A stretch of DNA of 51,092 nt from Gemmatimonadota bacterium (lineage in GTDB: Bacteria; Gemmatimonadota; Gemmatimonadetes; Gemmatimonadales; Gemmatimonadaceae), in assembly GCA_003221805.1 (NCBI GenBank), contig QHUA01000141.1, forward strand, positions 1 through 51,092, written 5' to 3'. Positions 1 to 7,622 of this stretch are shown piece by piece; positions within the stretch are counted from its first letter, which is position 1, and every line of letters starts with the position of its first letter. The notes under the pieces were generated by a model. It saw only the letters and a program-made list of their open reading frames with translations, was not told the DNA's origin and made no database searches. A program made the translations under genes and the position numbers.

Positions 1-755
1 TGAACGTCTGGAAGCGAGTCGAGAGCTACGCCCGCGATGGCTTCACCTCGCTCATTCATGGCAAGTACTATCATGAAGAGACGCGCGCGACGGCATCCCA
101 GGCCGAGAAGTACGAGGGGGGCCATTACTTCATTGTCCGCAATATTGACGAGGCGGCCCTGGTCTGTGACTTCATCGAGGGACGGCTCAGTGCGACTGCG
201 CTGATGGAGCGCTTCGGCCACGCGGCATCGCCGAACTTTGATCCGGCGCGCGATTTACGGCGGATTGGTGTGGCGAACCAGACGACGATGCTCGCCCGCG
301 AATCCCTCGCCATCGGCGAGCTGATTGGTAGATCGATGGCGCGTGCCCGTGGCGAAGACTACGCGCGGGAGAATTTTCGGACCTTCGACACTATCTGCAG
401 CGCGACTCAGGAGCGCCAGGATGCGGTGGTCGAGCTGTTGCGCGAACCCCTCGACCTGATGGTTGTAATCGGCGGTTACAACTCCAGCAACACGATGTCA
501 CTGGCGGCGATCTGCTCGGAGAAAGTGCGTACCTTCCACATCGAGGACGCCGAGGACATCGATCCCGACACCGCGACGATCCGCCATCGTCCCCTCGGCG
601 CGAAGGAGGAAATCTCCTCCACTGACTGGATTCCCGGGTCGGGCAAAGTGCGGATCGGCGTGACCGCCGGCGCCAGCACACCCAACAACAAGATTGGCGA
701 AGCCGTTGGCCGGATTTTCGCTACCAGGGGCATAGACCCGAAGACGATCCGGTAA
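1..755 (+). CDS. ispH: 4-hydroxy-3-methylbut-2-enyl diphosphate reductase (IspH/LytB), 3' part; the 5' end lies upstream of the window
   Basis: Frame 3 is open from nt 3 (NVWKRVESYARDGFTSLIHGKYYHEETRAT...) and continues into the listed ORF 204-755. VVIGGYNSSNT and GVTAGASTP segments are typical of LytB. It looks like the long cyanobacterial/plant-type form. Confidence 0.85.
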   Translation, partial: NVWKRVESYARDGFTSLIHGKYYHEETRATASQAEKYEGGHYFIVRNIDEAALVCDFIEGRLSATALMERFGHAASPNFDPARDLRRIGVANQTTMLARESLAIGELIGRSMARARGEDYARENFRTFDTICSATQERQDAVVELLREPLDLMVVIGGYNSSNTMSLAAICSEKVRTFHIEDAEDIDPDTATIRHRPLGAKEEISSTDWIPGSGKVRIGVTAGASTPNNKIGEAVGRIFATRGIDPKTIR

Positions 756-907
756 GAAACTGTAACCCGGTTGTGACGGTTTCGAGGTCAGACATCGTCA
801 AACTATTGGACGGTTTCTCCACCGGTTGTACTTTAGCGCAGCGGCTCGAAACCATCGTTTTGGGGTACCGTATGTATGGCAAGGAACACTGAACCCATGG
901 AGGCCGA

Positions 908-1123
908 ATGGACGTGTATGGTTCGGATATCGCCCCTGACGAAGAGGCGACTGGTACGAGCAGTACTGGGACGACGCCCGATGTGGGGAGCTGGTTCCAG
1001 CGCGGGTCCAGCAAAGAATCCGTGCTGAACGACCGGGGGATAGCGGTCCCGGTCAACGCCATGCTCGACCGCGTTCGTGAGGCGGACGCTCTCACCTTCG
1101 ACGACGAAGACGTCGAGCAGTAA
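908..1123 (+). CDS. small acidic hypothetical protein (71 aa)
   Basis: First ATG after an in-frame TGA at 890. GGAGG lies 5 nt upstream (898-902). GC-rich third positions. Followed directly by a strong stem-loop terminator. No family recognised. Confidence 0.5.
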   Translation: MDVYGSDIAPDEEATGTSSTGTTPDVGSWFQRGSSKESVLNDRGIAVPVNAMLDRVREADALTFDDEDVEQ

Positions 1124-1141
1124 GCCCATCTTCGTCAAAGG

Positions 1142-1176
1142 AAAAGGCCACCAGATTGGTGGCCTTTTTGTTTTTC
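1142..1176. terminator. bidirectional rho-independent terminator
   Basis: AAAA-GGCCACCA-gat-TGGTGGCC-TTTTTGTTTTT. Perfect 8-bp GC-rich stem flanked by an A-run and a T-run, between the convergent ORFs 908-1123 (+) and 1199-2083 (-). Confidence 0.8.
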
Positions 1177-1198
1177 GGCGTGAGTCGCGCCCTCTTTT

Positions 1199-2083
1199 TT
1201 ACTTCAGTTGATCGATTGCGTGTCGCAGGGTGGTCGCTAATTCGGTGGCGTCGTCGTTCGCCCAGAAGTGCATGAAGTAGAGACGAGGATCTTCGCCGAT
1301 CATGTGTGAATGCAGGGCTGTGATGGCAATCCGCCCATTTCTCAGTATTGGAATGACTCGATTGATTTCGCTCTCCCGTAGCACGAAGTCGCCGGTGATC
1401 GCCGCGCGGCCGCTACCAGTGGGCTGGAAGTTGATCGCAGTCGAGACGCCCATCGATGGCGGCACGATTTCGCCATTCATTCGAATCGTTTCCCGTCGGG
1501 GAACGCTGACCTGATAGACGCCACCGTTCACTTTGCCCGCAATCCCCAGGTCGCGATGGATCACCGCAGTGTCCAGGTCAATCGCGGCTGATGCAGCTGC
1601 CACGGGTGGGGCGGCTGGTGTCGCCGTGAGATCCAAAGCCTTCCGAATTGCTGCCGCGATTTTCGTTGCCTCCCCGTGCGCCATGATATGGACGTACGAC
1701 ACCCGCGGTGATTCGCGTAGCAGGTGATTGTGCACCGCTGTCTGAAAAACATCTCCCTGCAGCAGCGCACTGATTACGGGTGACACCTCCGCTTCTGCCA
1801 AAACCAAATCGCCCATCACCAGCGCGTTACTCGAATCGATGCGCTTGAACGCAACCCATGATCCGAGCGCAAGCGCGGGCTTAAGCGTCACTCCATCGAG
1901 CGAGACGTTCATGTCGCTACGTGGTAAGCTGTACTTCATCACGCCGTCGGGCTGAATCGCACCGGCCCGACCGATGGCGGTGGTCACGCCGGTCCATTCA
2001 CTGGGCTGTGAGACGCCTTGCGCGCCTGCTGCTCCGGCACACAGGCAGAAGATCGCCATTGCAAAAGGGGAGTGTCTCTGCAT
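1199..2083 (-). CDS. secreted DUF1259 (LppY/LpqO-like) family protein
   Basis: Internal ATG at 2083 gives MQRHSPFAMAIFCLCAGAAGAQG, a signal peptide. Two-fold internal repeat (…GDLVL.E.EV..V…; …GDFVLRESEINRV…) as in DUF1259. The upstream 44 codons of the listed ORF are Arg/Ser/Pro-rich and judged non-coding. Confidence 0.7.
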   Translation of the reverse strand: MQRHSPFAMAIFCLCAGAAGAQGVSQPSEWTGVTTAIGRAGAIQPDGVMKYSLPRSDMNVSLDGVTLKPALALGSWVAFKRIDSSNALVMGDLVLAEAEVSPVISALLQGDVFQTAVHNHLLRESPRVSYVHIMAHGEATKIAAAIRKALDLTATPAAPPVAAASAAIDLDTAVIHRDLGIAGKVNGGVYQVSVPRRETIRMNGEIVPPSMGVSTAINFQPTGSGRAAITGDFVLRESEINRVIPILRNGRIAITALHSHMIGEDPRLYFMHFWANDDATELATTLRHAIDQLK

Positions 2084-2230
2084 AAATCCTCGGTAGAGCG
2101 GCACCGTGAAGCGAATCGAGTGATGGCGACTCCGATGCGGGGAAGGGCGGAGCACCGAGGGTTGCTGCTTCAATAATAGTTCCTGAGCGACGAGCTTCCG
2201 GCGAACTTCCGACATCCCGACGACCGAGTA

Positions 2231-4399
2231 ATGGACTCACACTCATTCCTGCAAAACCTGGCGGTGGTGCTTTGCGTGGCCGCTGTGGCGACAGTCGTCT
2301 TCCAGCGACTGCGGCAGCCGGTCGTGTTCGGCTACCTGTTGGCGGGAATGATCATCGGCCCGCACATCCCGATTCCGCTGGTTGCGAATCCGCAAACGGT
2401 CCGTGCTCTCTCCGAGCTCGGCGTCATCCTGCTGATGTTCTCACTCGGCCTCGAGTTCAGCATTCGAAAGCTGGTGCAGGTGAGTCAGAAGGCCGGAGCA
2501 GTAGCACTCTTCGAGTGCAGCGTGACTGTGTCGGTGGGATACCTCGTTGGCCAGATGCTGGGCTTCACCCGCGTCGAAAGCATCTTTGGCGGCGCGATCG
2601 TCGGCATCTCGAGTACGACGATCATCGTGAAGGCTTTCGAGGAGCAAAACGTAAGAGGTCGCGTCACCGAGCTCGTGTTCGGAATTCTGATCATCGAGGA
2701 CCTGCTCGCAATCTTCCTGCTCACGGTCCTGACGACCATCGCGCGATCCGGCGCGATCTCACCGTCGGAGCTCGCGCTCACAGCAGTACGACTGGTGATG
2801 TTCCTCGCTCCGCTGATCGGATTCGGAATCCTGACTGTCCCGCGCGCGATCCGAGCAGTACAAAAGCTCGGCAGACCTGAAACGACACTGGTCGCAAGCA
2901 TTGGCATCTGCTTCGCCGCGGCCCTCCTCGCGCTCTCGTTTGGTTATTCCGTCGCGCTCGGCGCGTTCATCGCCGGATCGCTGATCGCCGAGTCCGGTCA
3001 TGAAACGGAGATATCGAATCTGGTGCGGCCGGTGCGCGACATGTTCGCGGCGATCTTCTTCGTGTCAGTGGGGATGATGATCGATCCGACCGCGCTGACA
3101 GAGCACTGGAGAGCCGTTTTGGCGTTGACGCTAGCGGTGATATTCGGAAAGGTGCTCGCGGTTACGGTCGGCGCCTTCCTCGCCGGTCACGGGCGCCGTA
3201 CGGCGATCAAGGCAGGAATGAGCCTGGCCCAGATCGGTGAGTTCTCGTTCATCATTGCCGGCGTTGGTGTTGCGTCCGGTGTAATCGGTGGGTGGATGTA
3301 TCCCGTGGCGATCGCGGTCTCAGCGATCACGACGCTGACGACGCCGCTCCTGATCAGACTCTCCAATAAAGCCGCGGCATCGATCGATCATTGGCTCCCG
3401 GAACCCATTCAAACGGTCGCCGCACTTTACACGTCCTGGATCGAGCGTGTGCGAAGTGCTCCACGTCCCGCGACCGAGCGCTCGGCAACCAATCGCATCA
3501 TCAGGATCATTCTGATCGACGCGGCACTCATCACGGCGCTAGTGATTGGTGTCGATGTGGAGATCGACCGCCTCAGCGTATTGGTCGGTGACATGCTCGG
3601 GATGGCACCCGACCGTGTACGGTTCGCGATCGTGCTTGTGAGCGGACTAATCGCGGCGCCGCTGATCTACGGTCTGATCACCAGTGCCAAGTCGCTGGGG
3701 AATCACCTGGCTCGTCGTGCCTTTTCCGATGCGCAAAAGGGCAAGGTCGATCCAGCCGATGCGCCGCGCCGTGCGCTGGTGATTCTGGTGCAGATCGCGG
3801 TACTGTTGGCGGTCGGGATTCCCGTCGTCGCCATCACGCAGCCCTTCTTGCCGCCGCACCAGGGTGCGTTCGTTCTTGGGCTGCTGACACTGGTGATGCT
3901 GGTCGCCCTCTGGAGAAATGCCGCCAATCTTCAGGGGCACGCGCGGGCGGGCGCGCAAATCATCGCTTCGGCGTTGGCACACCAGATGGCCTCAACCGAC
4001 GGCGTGTCCGACGAAGGAAAACTGCTGGAAGATGTGAATGCGGTGTTGCCGGGCCTCGGCGAGCCAGTGGCAATTCGCGTCGTACCGCGGAGCATCGCAG
4101 TGGGCAGAAGCTTGGCGCAGCTCAATCTGCGCGGGGCGACTGGTGCCACGGTTCTGGCGATCAAGCGCGGCGATCAGCAAATCCCGACCCCGCTCGGCCG
4201 CGAAGTAATTCACTCCGGCGATGTCGTGGCAGTCGCGGGAGCCAAGGACGCGATCTCAGTCGCCCGAGCGATTTTTTCTCCGGATCTGTCGCGGATCAAG
4301 GACGACATGGAAGGAGCGGAGATTCAAGCGGAGCTCGAGGCGCTCAATGATGCTCTTTTGACGGAGCGACCCCACAAGTCGACGAATTTTCTTCCCTGA
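2231..4399 (+). CDS. cation:proton antiporter (CPA2/Kef-type) with C-terminal RCK_C (TrkA-C) domain
   Basis: N-terminus FQRLRQPVVFGYLLAGMIIGP is followed by about 12 hydrophobic segments. The C-terminal LRGATGATVLAIKRGDQQIPTPLGREVIHSGDVVAVAG resembles TrkA-C. Confidence 0.85.
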   Translation: MDSHSFLQNLAVVLCVAAVATVVFQRLRQPVVFGYLLAGMIIGPHIPIPLVANPQTVRALSELGVILLMFSLGLEFSIRKLVQVSQKAGAVALFECSVTVSVGYLVGQMLGFTRVESIFGGAIVGISSTTIIVKAFEEQNVRGRVTELVFGILIIEDLLAIFLLTVLTTIARSGAISPSELALTAVRLVMFLAPLIGFGILTVPRAIRAVQKLGRPETTLVASIGICFAAALLALSFGYSVALGAFIAGSLIAESGHETEISNLVRPVRDMFAAIFFVSVGMMIDPTALTEHWRAVLALTLAVIFGKVLAVTVGAFLAGHGRRTAIKAGMSLAQIGEFSFIIAGVGVASGVIGGWMYPVAIAVSAITTLTTPLLIRLSNKAAASIDHWLPEPIQTVAALYTSWIERVRSAPRPATERSATNRIIRIILIDAALITALVIGVDVEIDRLSVLVGDMLGMAPDRVRFAIVLVSGLIAAPLIYGLITSAKSLGNHLARRAFSDAQKGKVDPADAPRRALVILVQIAVLLAVGIPVVAITQPFLPPHQGAFVLGLLTLVMLVALWRNAANLQGHARAGAQIIASALAHQMASTDGVSDEGKLLEDVNAVLPGLGEPVAIRVVPRSIAVGRSLAQLNLRGATGATVLAIKRGDQQIPTPLGREVIHSGDVVAVAGAKDAISVARAIFSPDLSRIKDDMEGAEIQAELEALNDALLTERPHKSTNFLP

Positions 4400-4515
4400 C
4401 TGCGGACTGCGGACTAACTGCTGCGGACTACGGACCAACGGCACTGCTGATCGACGACTGACTACGGATTGGGAGACTAACTGCGAACTGAGGACTAATT
4501 GCGAGCTGCGGACTA
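4400..4515. repeat. left arm of a long inverted repeat made of degenerate CTGCGGA heptamers
   Basis: ctgcgga|ctgcgga|ctaactg|ctgcgga|ctacgga|ccaacgg|... About 85 nt are near-identical (3 transitions) to the reverse complement of 5150-5239. The remainder is more diverged. Confidence 0.85.
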
Positions 4516-4656
4516 TGCGAGTTGCCGATTGCTGCGCGGTTCGCAGTAGGTCCGAAGTAAGTGGTTCCGGTAGATGGCTCCCACACAAGCATGGAATTGG
4601 CTTTCGGTTCCTATTTCTGATTGCGCCTCGTCGGCGGCGTAATCGCAGCTTGAGGG

Positions 4657-5070
4657 ATGACCGAGTCAGCCACGCCGGGCACGGTGTCGGAGAGCAGGGA
4701 TCCGTTGATGCGAATGCGCGCCTATCGGCTCGCTTGTGCATTAATAGCAGACGCGTGGAAGGACACCGAACAGCTAAAGCGCGATAAGGGGACTGAGAAG
4801 ATTGCGGGCCAGCTTTACGCTGCCATTGGATCGATCGGAGCGAACCTGGGAGAGGGTTACGCCCATAGCTCCGGCCGAGACCGCGCCCGGATTTTCGAAT
4901 ACGCGCTGGGCTCTGCCCGGGAAAGTATGGTTTGGTACACGGCGGCCGAGCCTATCCTTGGTGAGGCTATAGTCCGCGATCGGTTCGAGAAACTCGAAGA
5001 GATCCGTCGCATCCTCCTAGCCGTAATCCCTCGCGAGCGGGGGCGCCTAATCCGACCTTCGAACCCTTAA
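4657..5070 (+). CDS. four-helix-bundle protein (23S rRNA intervening-sequence protein family, PF05635/TIGR02436-like)
   Basis: MRAYRLACALIADAW..., IGANLGEGYAHSSGRDRARIFEYALGSARE and a C-terminal helix pattern typical of the family. The true start may be an internal Met at about codon 18-20. Confidence 0.8.
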   Translation: MTESATPGTVSESRDPLMRMRAYRLACALIADAWKDTEQLKRDKGTEKIAGQLYAAIGSIGANLGEGYAHSSGRDRARIFEYALGSARESMVWYTAAEPILGEAIVRDRFEKLEEIRRILLAVIPRERGRLIRPSNP

Positions 5071-5111
5071 TCCAACTCGGAGCACCCCGGACTTGTCGTT
5101 GTCCGGAGCCC

Positions 5112-5239
5112 GCAGTCAGTCCGCAGTCCGCAGTTAGTCCGCGGTCCGAAGTTAGTCCCCCAATCCGCAGTCAGTCGTCGATCAGCAGTGCCGTTGGTCC
5201 GCAGTCCGCAGCAGTTAGTCCGCAGTCCGCAATCCGCAG
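5112..5239. repeat. right arm of the inverted repeat (TCCGCAG heptamers)
   Basis: cgcagtcagtccgcagtccgcagttagtccgcgg...ccgttggtccgcagtccgcagcagttagtccgcagtccgcaatccgcag is the reverse complement of the left arm at 4400-4515. Confidence 0.85.
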
Positions 5240-5275
5240 AAAAAAAGGCCGGCTCGCCCGGAGCCGGCCTTTCTT
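5240..5275 (-). terminator. rho-independent terminator of the kamA operon
   Basis: AAAAAAA-GGCCGGCTC-gcccg-GAGCCGGCC-TTTCTT. On the minus strand the 9-bp stem is followed by a T7 run, 12 nt after the kamA stop. Confidence 0.75.
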
Positions 5276-5286
5276 ACGGGTGGGCC

Positions 5287-6456
5287 TTACTCGCCCGCCG
5301 CGCGCCTGCGCTTGGTTCGCCGCGGCGCCGCGGTTTTCCTGCGACTGATTGGAACGATTCCAACTTCTGCAGCCGGCTCGACTTCCGCCGGTGCTGACGG
5401 AGCCGGACGCGGCTGCTTGTAAACGAAACGCTTTCCTTCGTAATTCCGGAAGACCACCTCGTCGTCCGTGATCGACTCCAGGTATTCCGGCAGCAGCGGC
5501 ACCTTGCCTCCGCCTCCCGGCGAGTCGATGACGAACTGCGGTACCGCCAGGCCCGACGTCCAGCCGCGCAGCGCTTGCATGATCTCGAGACCCTTCTGAA
5601 CCGTGGTGCGGAAGTGCTCTCCGCCCGCGACCTGGTCCGCCATGAATATGTAGTAGGGCCGAACGCGCGCCTTGAGCAGCTCGTGCATCAACTTCATCAT
5701 CACCTTCGGGTCGTCATTGACGCCCTTGAGGAGGACGGTTTGGCAACCGAGTGACACGCCGGCCTTGGACAGTCGGTCGAGCGAGGCCACCGCCGCCGGG
5801 GTCAGCTCGCTCGGGTGATTGAAGTGCGTGTTCATGAAGATCGGGTGGTACTTCTGCACCATCTCGCAGAACTCGGGCGTGATGCGCTCGGGCAGGTGCG
5901 AGGTGATGCGGCTCCCGATGCGAATGATCTCGATGTGGGGAATCGCGCGCAGCTGCTGGAACAGGTACTCCAGCCGCCGATCGCTCAACATCATCGGATC
6001 GCCGCCACTCAGGATGACGTCGCGGATCTCGGTGTGCTCGCGCAGATACTGGAACGCCGACTCGTACTGGTTGAGCGGGATCTTCTCCGGATCGCCGACC
6101 TTTCTGCGCCGGGTGCAAAAGCGGCAGTAAGTAGCGCAGACCGGACTTACCAGAAAAAGAGCGCGGTCCGGATAGCGATGGGTAATGTTCGGCACCGGCG
6201 AGTCGCCGTCCTCATCGAGCGAATCGATAACGCCGTCGACGACATGGAGCTCCTCGACGGTCGGGATGTACTGGTTCCACATCGGATCGCCGACTTCCTT
6301 GATCTGCTCCAGCGCCGCTGGCGTGATGCGCATCTGGAAGTTGTCGAAAGCCGGCTTCAGCCCCTCGACGTCGATGACGTCGTGCCCGAACTTGTCGGCC
6401 AGCTTCTCGAGGGTCGCGATGCTCTGATCCCTGATGATTTGCTGCCAATCGCTCAT
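5287..6456 (-). CDS. kamA: lysine 2,3-aminomutase family radical SAM enzyme (KamA/AblA-like)
   Basis: CATYCRFCTRR (CxxxCxxC cluster), SGGDPMML and SPGGGGKVP (PLP-Lys region). A basic C-terminal tail is present. Confidence 0.9.
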   Translation of the reverse strand: MSDWQQIIRDQSIATLEKLADKFGHDVIDVEGLKPAFDNFQMRITPAALEQIKEVGDPMWNQYIPTVEELHVVDGVIDSLDEDGDSPVPNITHRYPDRALFLVSPVCATYCRFCTRRRKVGDPEKIPLNQYESAFQYLREHTEIRDVILSGGDPMMLSDRRLEYLFQQLRAIPHIEIIRIGSRITSHLPERITPEFCEMVQKYHPIFMNTHFNHPSELTPAAVASLDRLSKAGVSLGCQTVLLKGVNDDPKVMMKLMHELLKARVRPYYIFMADQVAGGEHFRTTVQKGLEIMQALRGWTSGLAVPQFVIDSPGGGGKVPLLPEYLESITDDEVVFRNYEGKRFVYKQPRPAPSAPAEVEPAAEVGIVPISRRKTAAPRRTKRRRAAGE

Positions 6457-6575
6457 GCTTGCACCACTCCGGCCCCGTGAGGGGCGTTGTAGATGATCCG
6501 AATCTCCTCGGATCGGGGCGATACTCCGGCGACGAACGACTCGATGCCGGATTCCTGCAAACCTTCGCGAACCAT
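6453..6575 (-). CDS. candidate 40-codon micro-ORF (MVREGLQESGIESFVAGVSPRSEEIRIIYNAPHGAGVVQA)
   Basis: The ATG at 6575 lies 8 nt after the stop of the upstream ATP-grasp gene. Its TGA overlaps the kamA ATG as ATGA (6453-6456). 28 of 40 third positions are G/C. It fills an otherwise unexplained 127-nt gap in the operon. Confidence 0.3.
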   Translation of the reverse strand: MVREGLQESGIESFVAGVSPRSEEIRIIYNAPHGAGVVQA

Positions 6576-6583
6576 TACAGCTA

Positions 6584-7597
6584 TCAACCGAGTCCTGAGA
6601 GCCGAAGCGTTTTGACCCAACGCTCCTGGTAGTTGTCGCCGCGCTTGGCGATCGCCTGATCGCAAATTTTGCGAATGAGATCCGAGAAGCTCAGCGTGGC
6701 GACTCCCGCCATGCGAGCGAGACCCGCCGTTGGCGAGATATCCGGGTTGGCGTTCACTTCGAGGAGCCATGGCCGGCCCGAGTGATCGATGCGGAAATCG
6801 CAGCGGCCGTACGCCTCGCCACCCACCACGCTCCAGGCGGCGCGGGCGATGGAGACGATCTCGTTGGCGAGATCCTCCGACAGATCGGCGGGGCAATTCG
6901 GCTTCGCGCCGAGGTCCTCGTCACTGCCCGTCTCCCACTTCGACCGATACGACACGATGTGCCACATTCCCTGCGGCATCTGGCCGAAGTCGATCTCGGC
7001 AATCGGGAGAATCTCGTCTCCCAGAATCCCGACGTTGACCTCGCGCCCGTCGACGAAGCGCTGGATGAGCACTTCGTCCCAGCCATCGAACATTGCCTGA
7101 ACTCTGGCGTTGAGCGCCCGCATGCTTCTCACGACCGAGCGCTGCTCGATTCCAACCGACGCATCTTCCGCCACCGGCTTGCAGATGGCGGGAAATCCGA
7201 CGCTCGAGACTTCCTCGCCGCGCCGGACGTGAGTCCACCGCGGTACCGGTAAGCCGGCACGATCGAGAACTCCGTTGACGACGTTCTTTCTCAAGGTGAG
7301 GCCTGTCGTCCAGCTCGAGCTGCCGGTGAATGGGATGCCAAGGAGCTCGAGCACCGATATGACCATCGGCTCGTAAATCGCCTCCCCATCGATGCCCTCG
7401 ACGAGATTGAAGATCAGGTCGAACTTTCCTCTTCGGACGCGCTCGACCCAGCGGCCATCGGTGGTGACGGGGACGCGAACGACCTCCGGTGCCCAGTCGA
7501 GGAGAGCGCTCTCCACCGCTTCGATGGAGTCGAGCAGCTGAACCTCCGGTGCTTTGCCGAGGGCCGAGAGACCGTCGAACAACAATGCAATTTTCAT
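6584..7597 (-). CDS. D-alanine--D-alanine ligase-family ATP-grasp ligase
   Basis: MKIALLFDG..., LELLGIPFTGSSS, FPAICKPVAEDASVGI, IQRFVDGREVNVGILG, GRCDFRID..GRPWLLEVNANPDIS: Ddl-type ATP-grasp layout. Confidence 0.8.
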   Translation of the reverse strand: MKIALLFDGLSALGKAPEVQLLDSIEAVESALLDWAPEVVRVPVTTDGRWVERVRRGKFDLIFNLVEGIDGEAIYEPMVISVLELLGIPFTGSSSWTTGLTLRKNVVNGVLDRAGLPVPRWTHVRRGEEVSSVGFPAICKPVAEDASVGIEQRSVVRSMRALNARVQAMFDGWDEVLIQRFVDGREVNVGILGDEILPIAEIDFGQMPQGMWHIVSYRSKWETGSDEDLGAKPNCPADLSEDLANEIVSIARAAWSVVGGEAYGRCDFRIDHSGRPWLLEVNANPDISPTAGLARMAGVATLSFSDLIRKICDQAIAKRGDNYQERWVKTLRLSGLG

Positions 7598-7622
7598 CGC
7601 GTGTTCCTCCGTCTTCTGTAGG

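Noticed and set aside
4256-4741. 161-aa ORF (-) spanning the antiporter 3' end and the left heptamer arm. A related 69-aa ORF (5188-5397, +) crosses the right arm.
   Set aside because: The repeated peptide (PLVRSPQQLVRSPQS appears in both) is simply the translation of the heptamer arrays. Both ORFs overlap better-supported genes.
4400-5239. Heptamer arrays considered as a CRISPR array or other spacer-repeat locus (also 25551-25694, 26703-26886 and 49775-49935)
   Set aside because: The units are 7 nt, contiguous and degenerate, with no unique spacers. The arrays occur as inverted pairs forming hairpins. No cas genes are present.
5815-6480. 221-aa ORF on the + strand
   Set aside because: It is antisense to kamA, a shadow ORF with a biased Arg/Asp/Leu composition.
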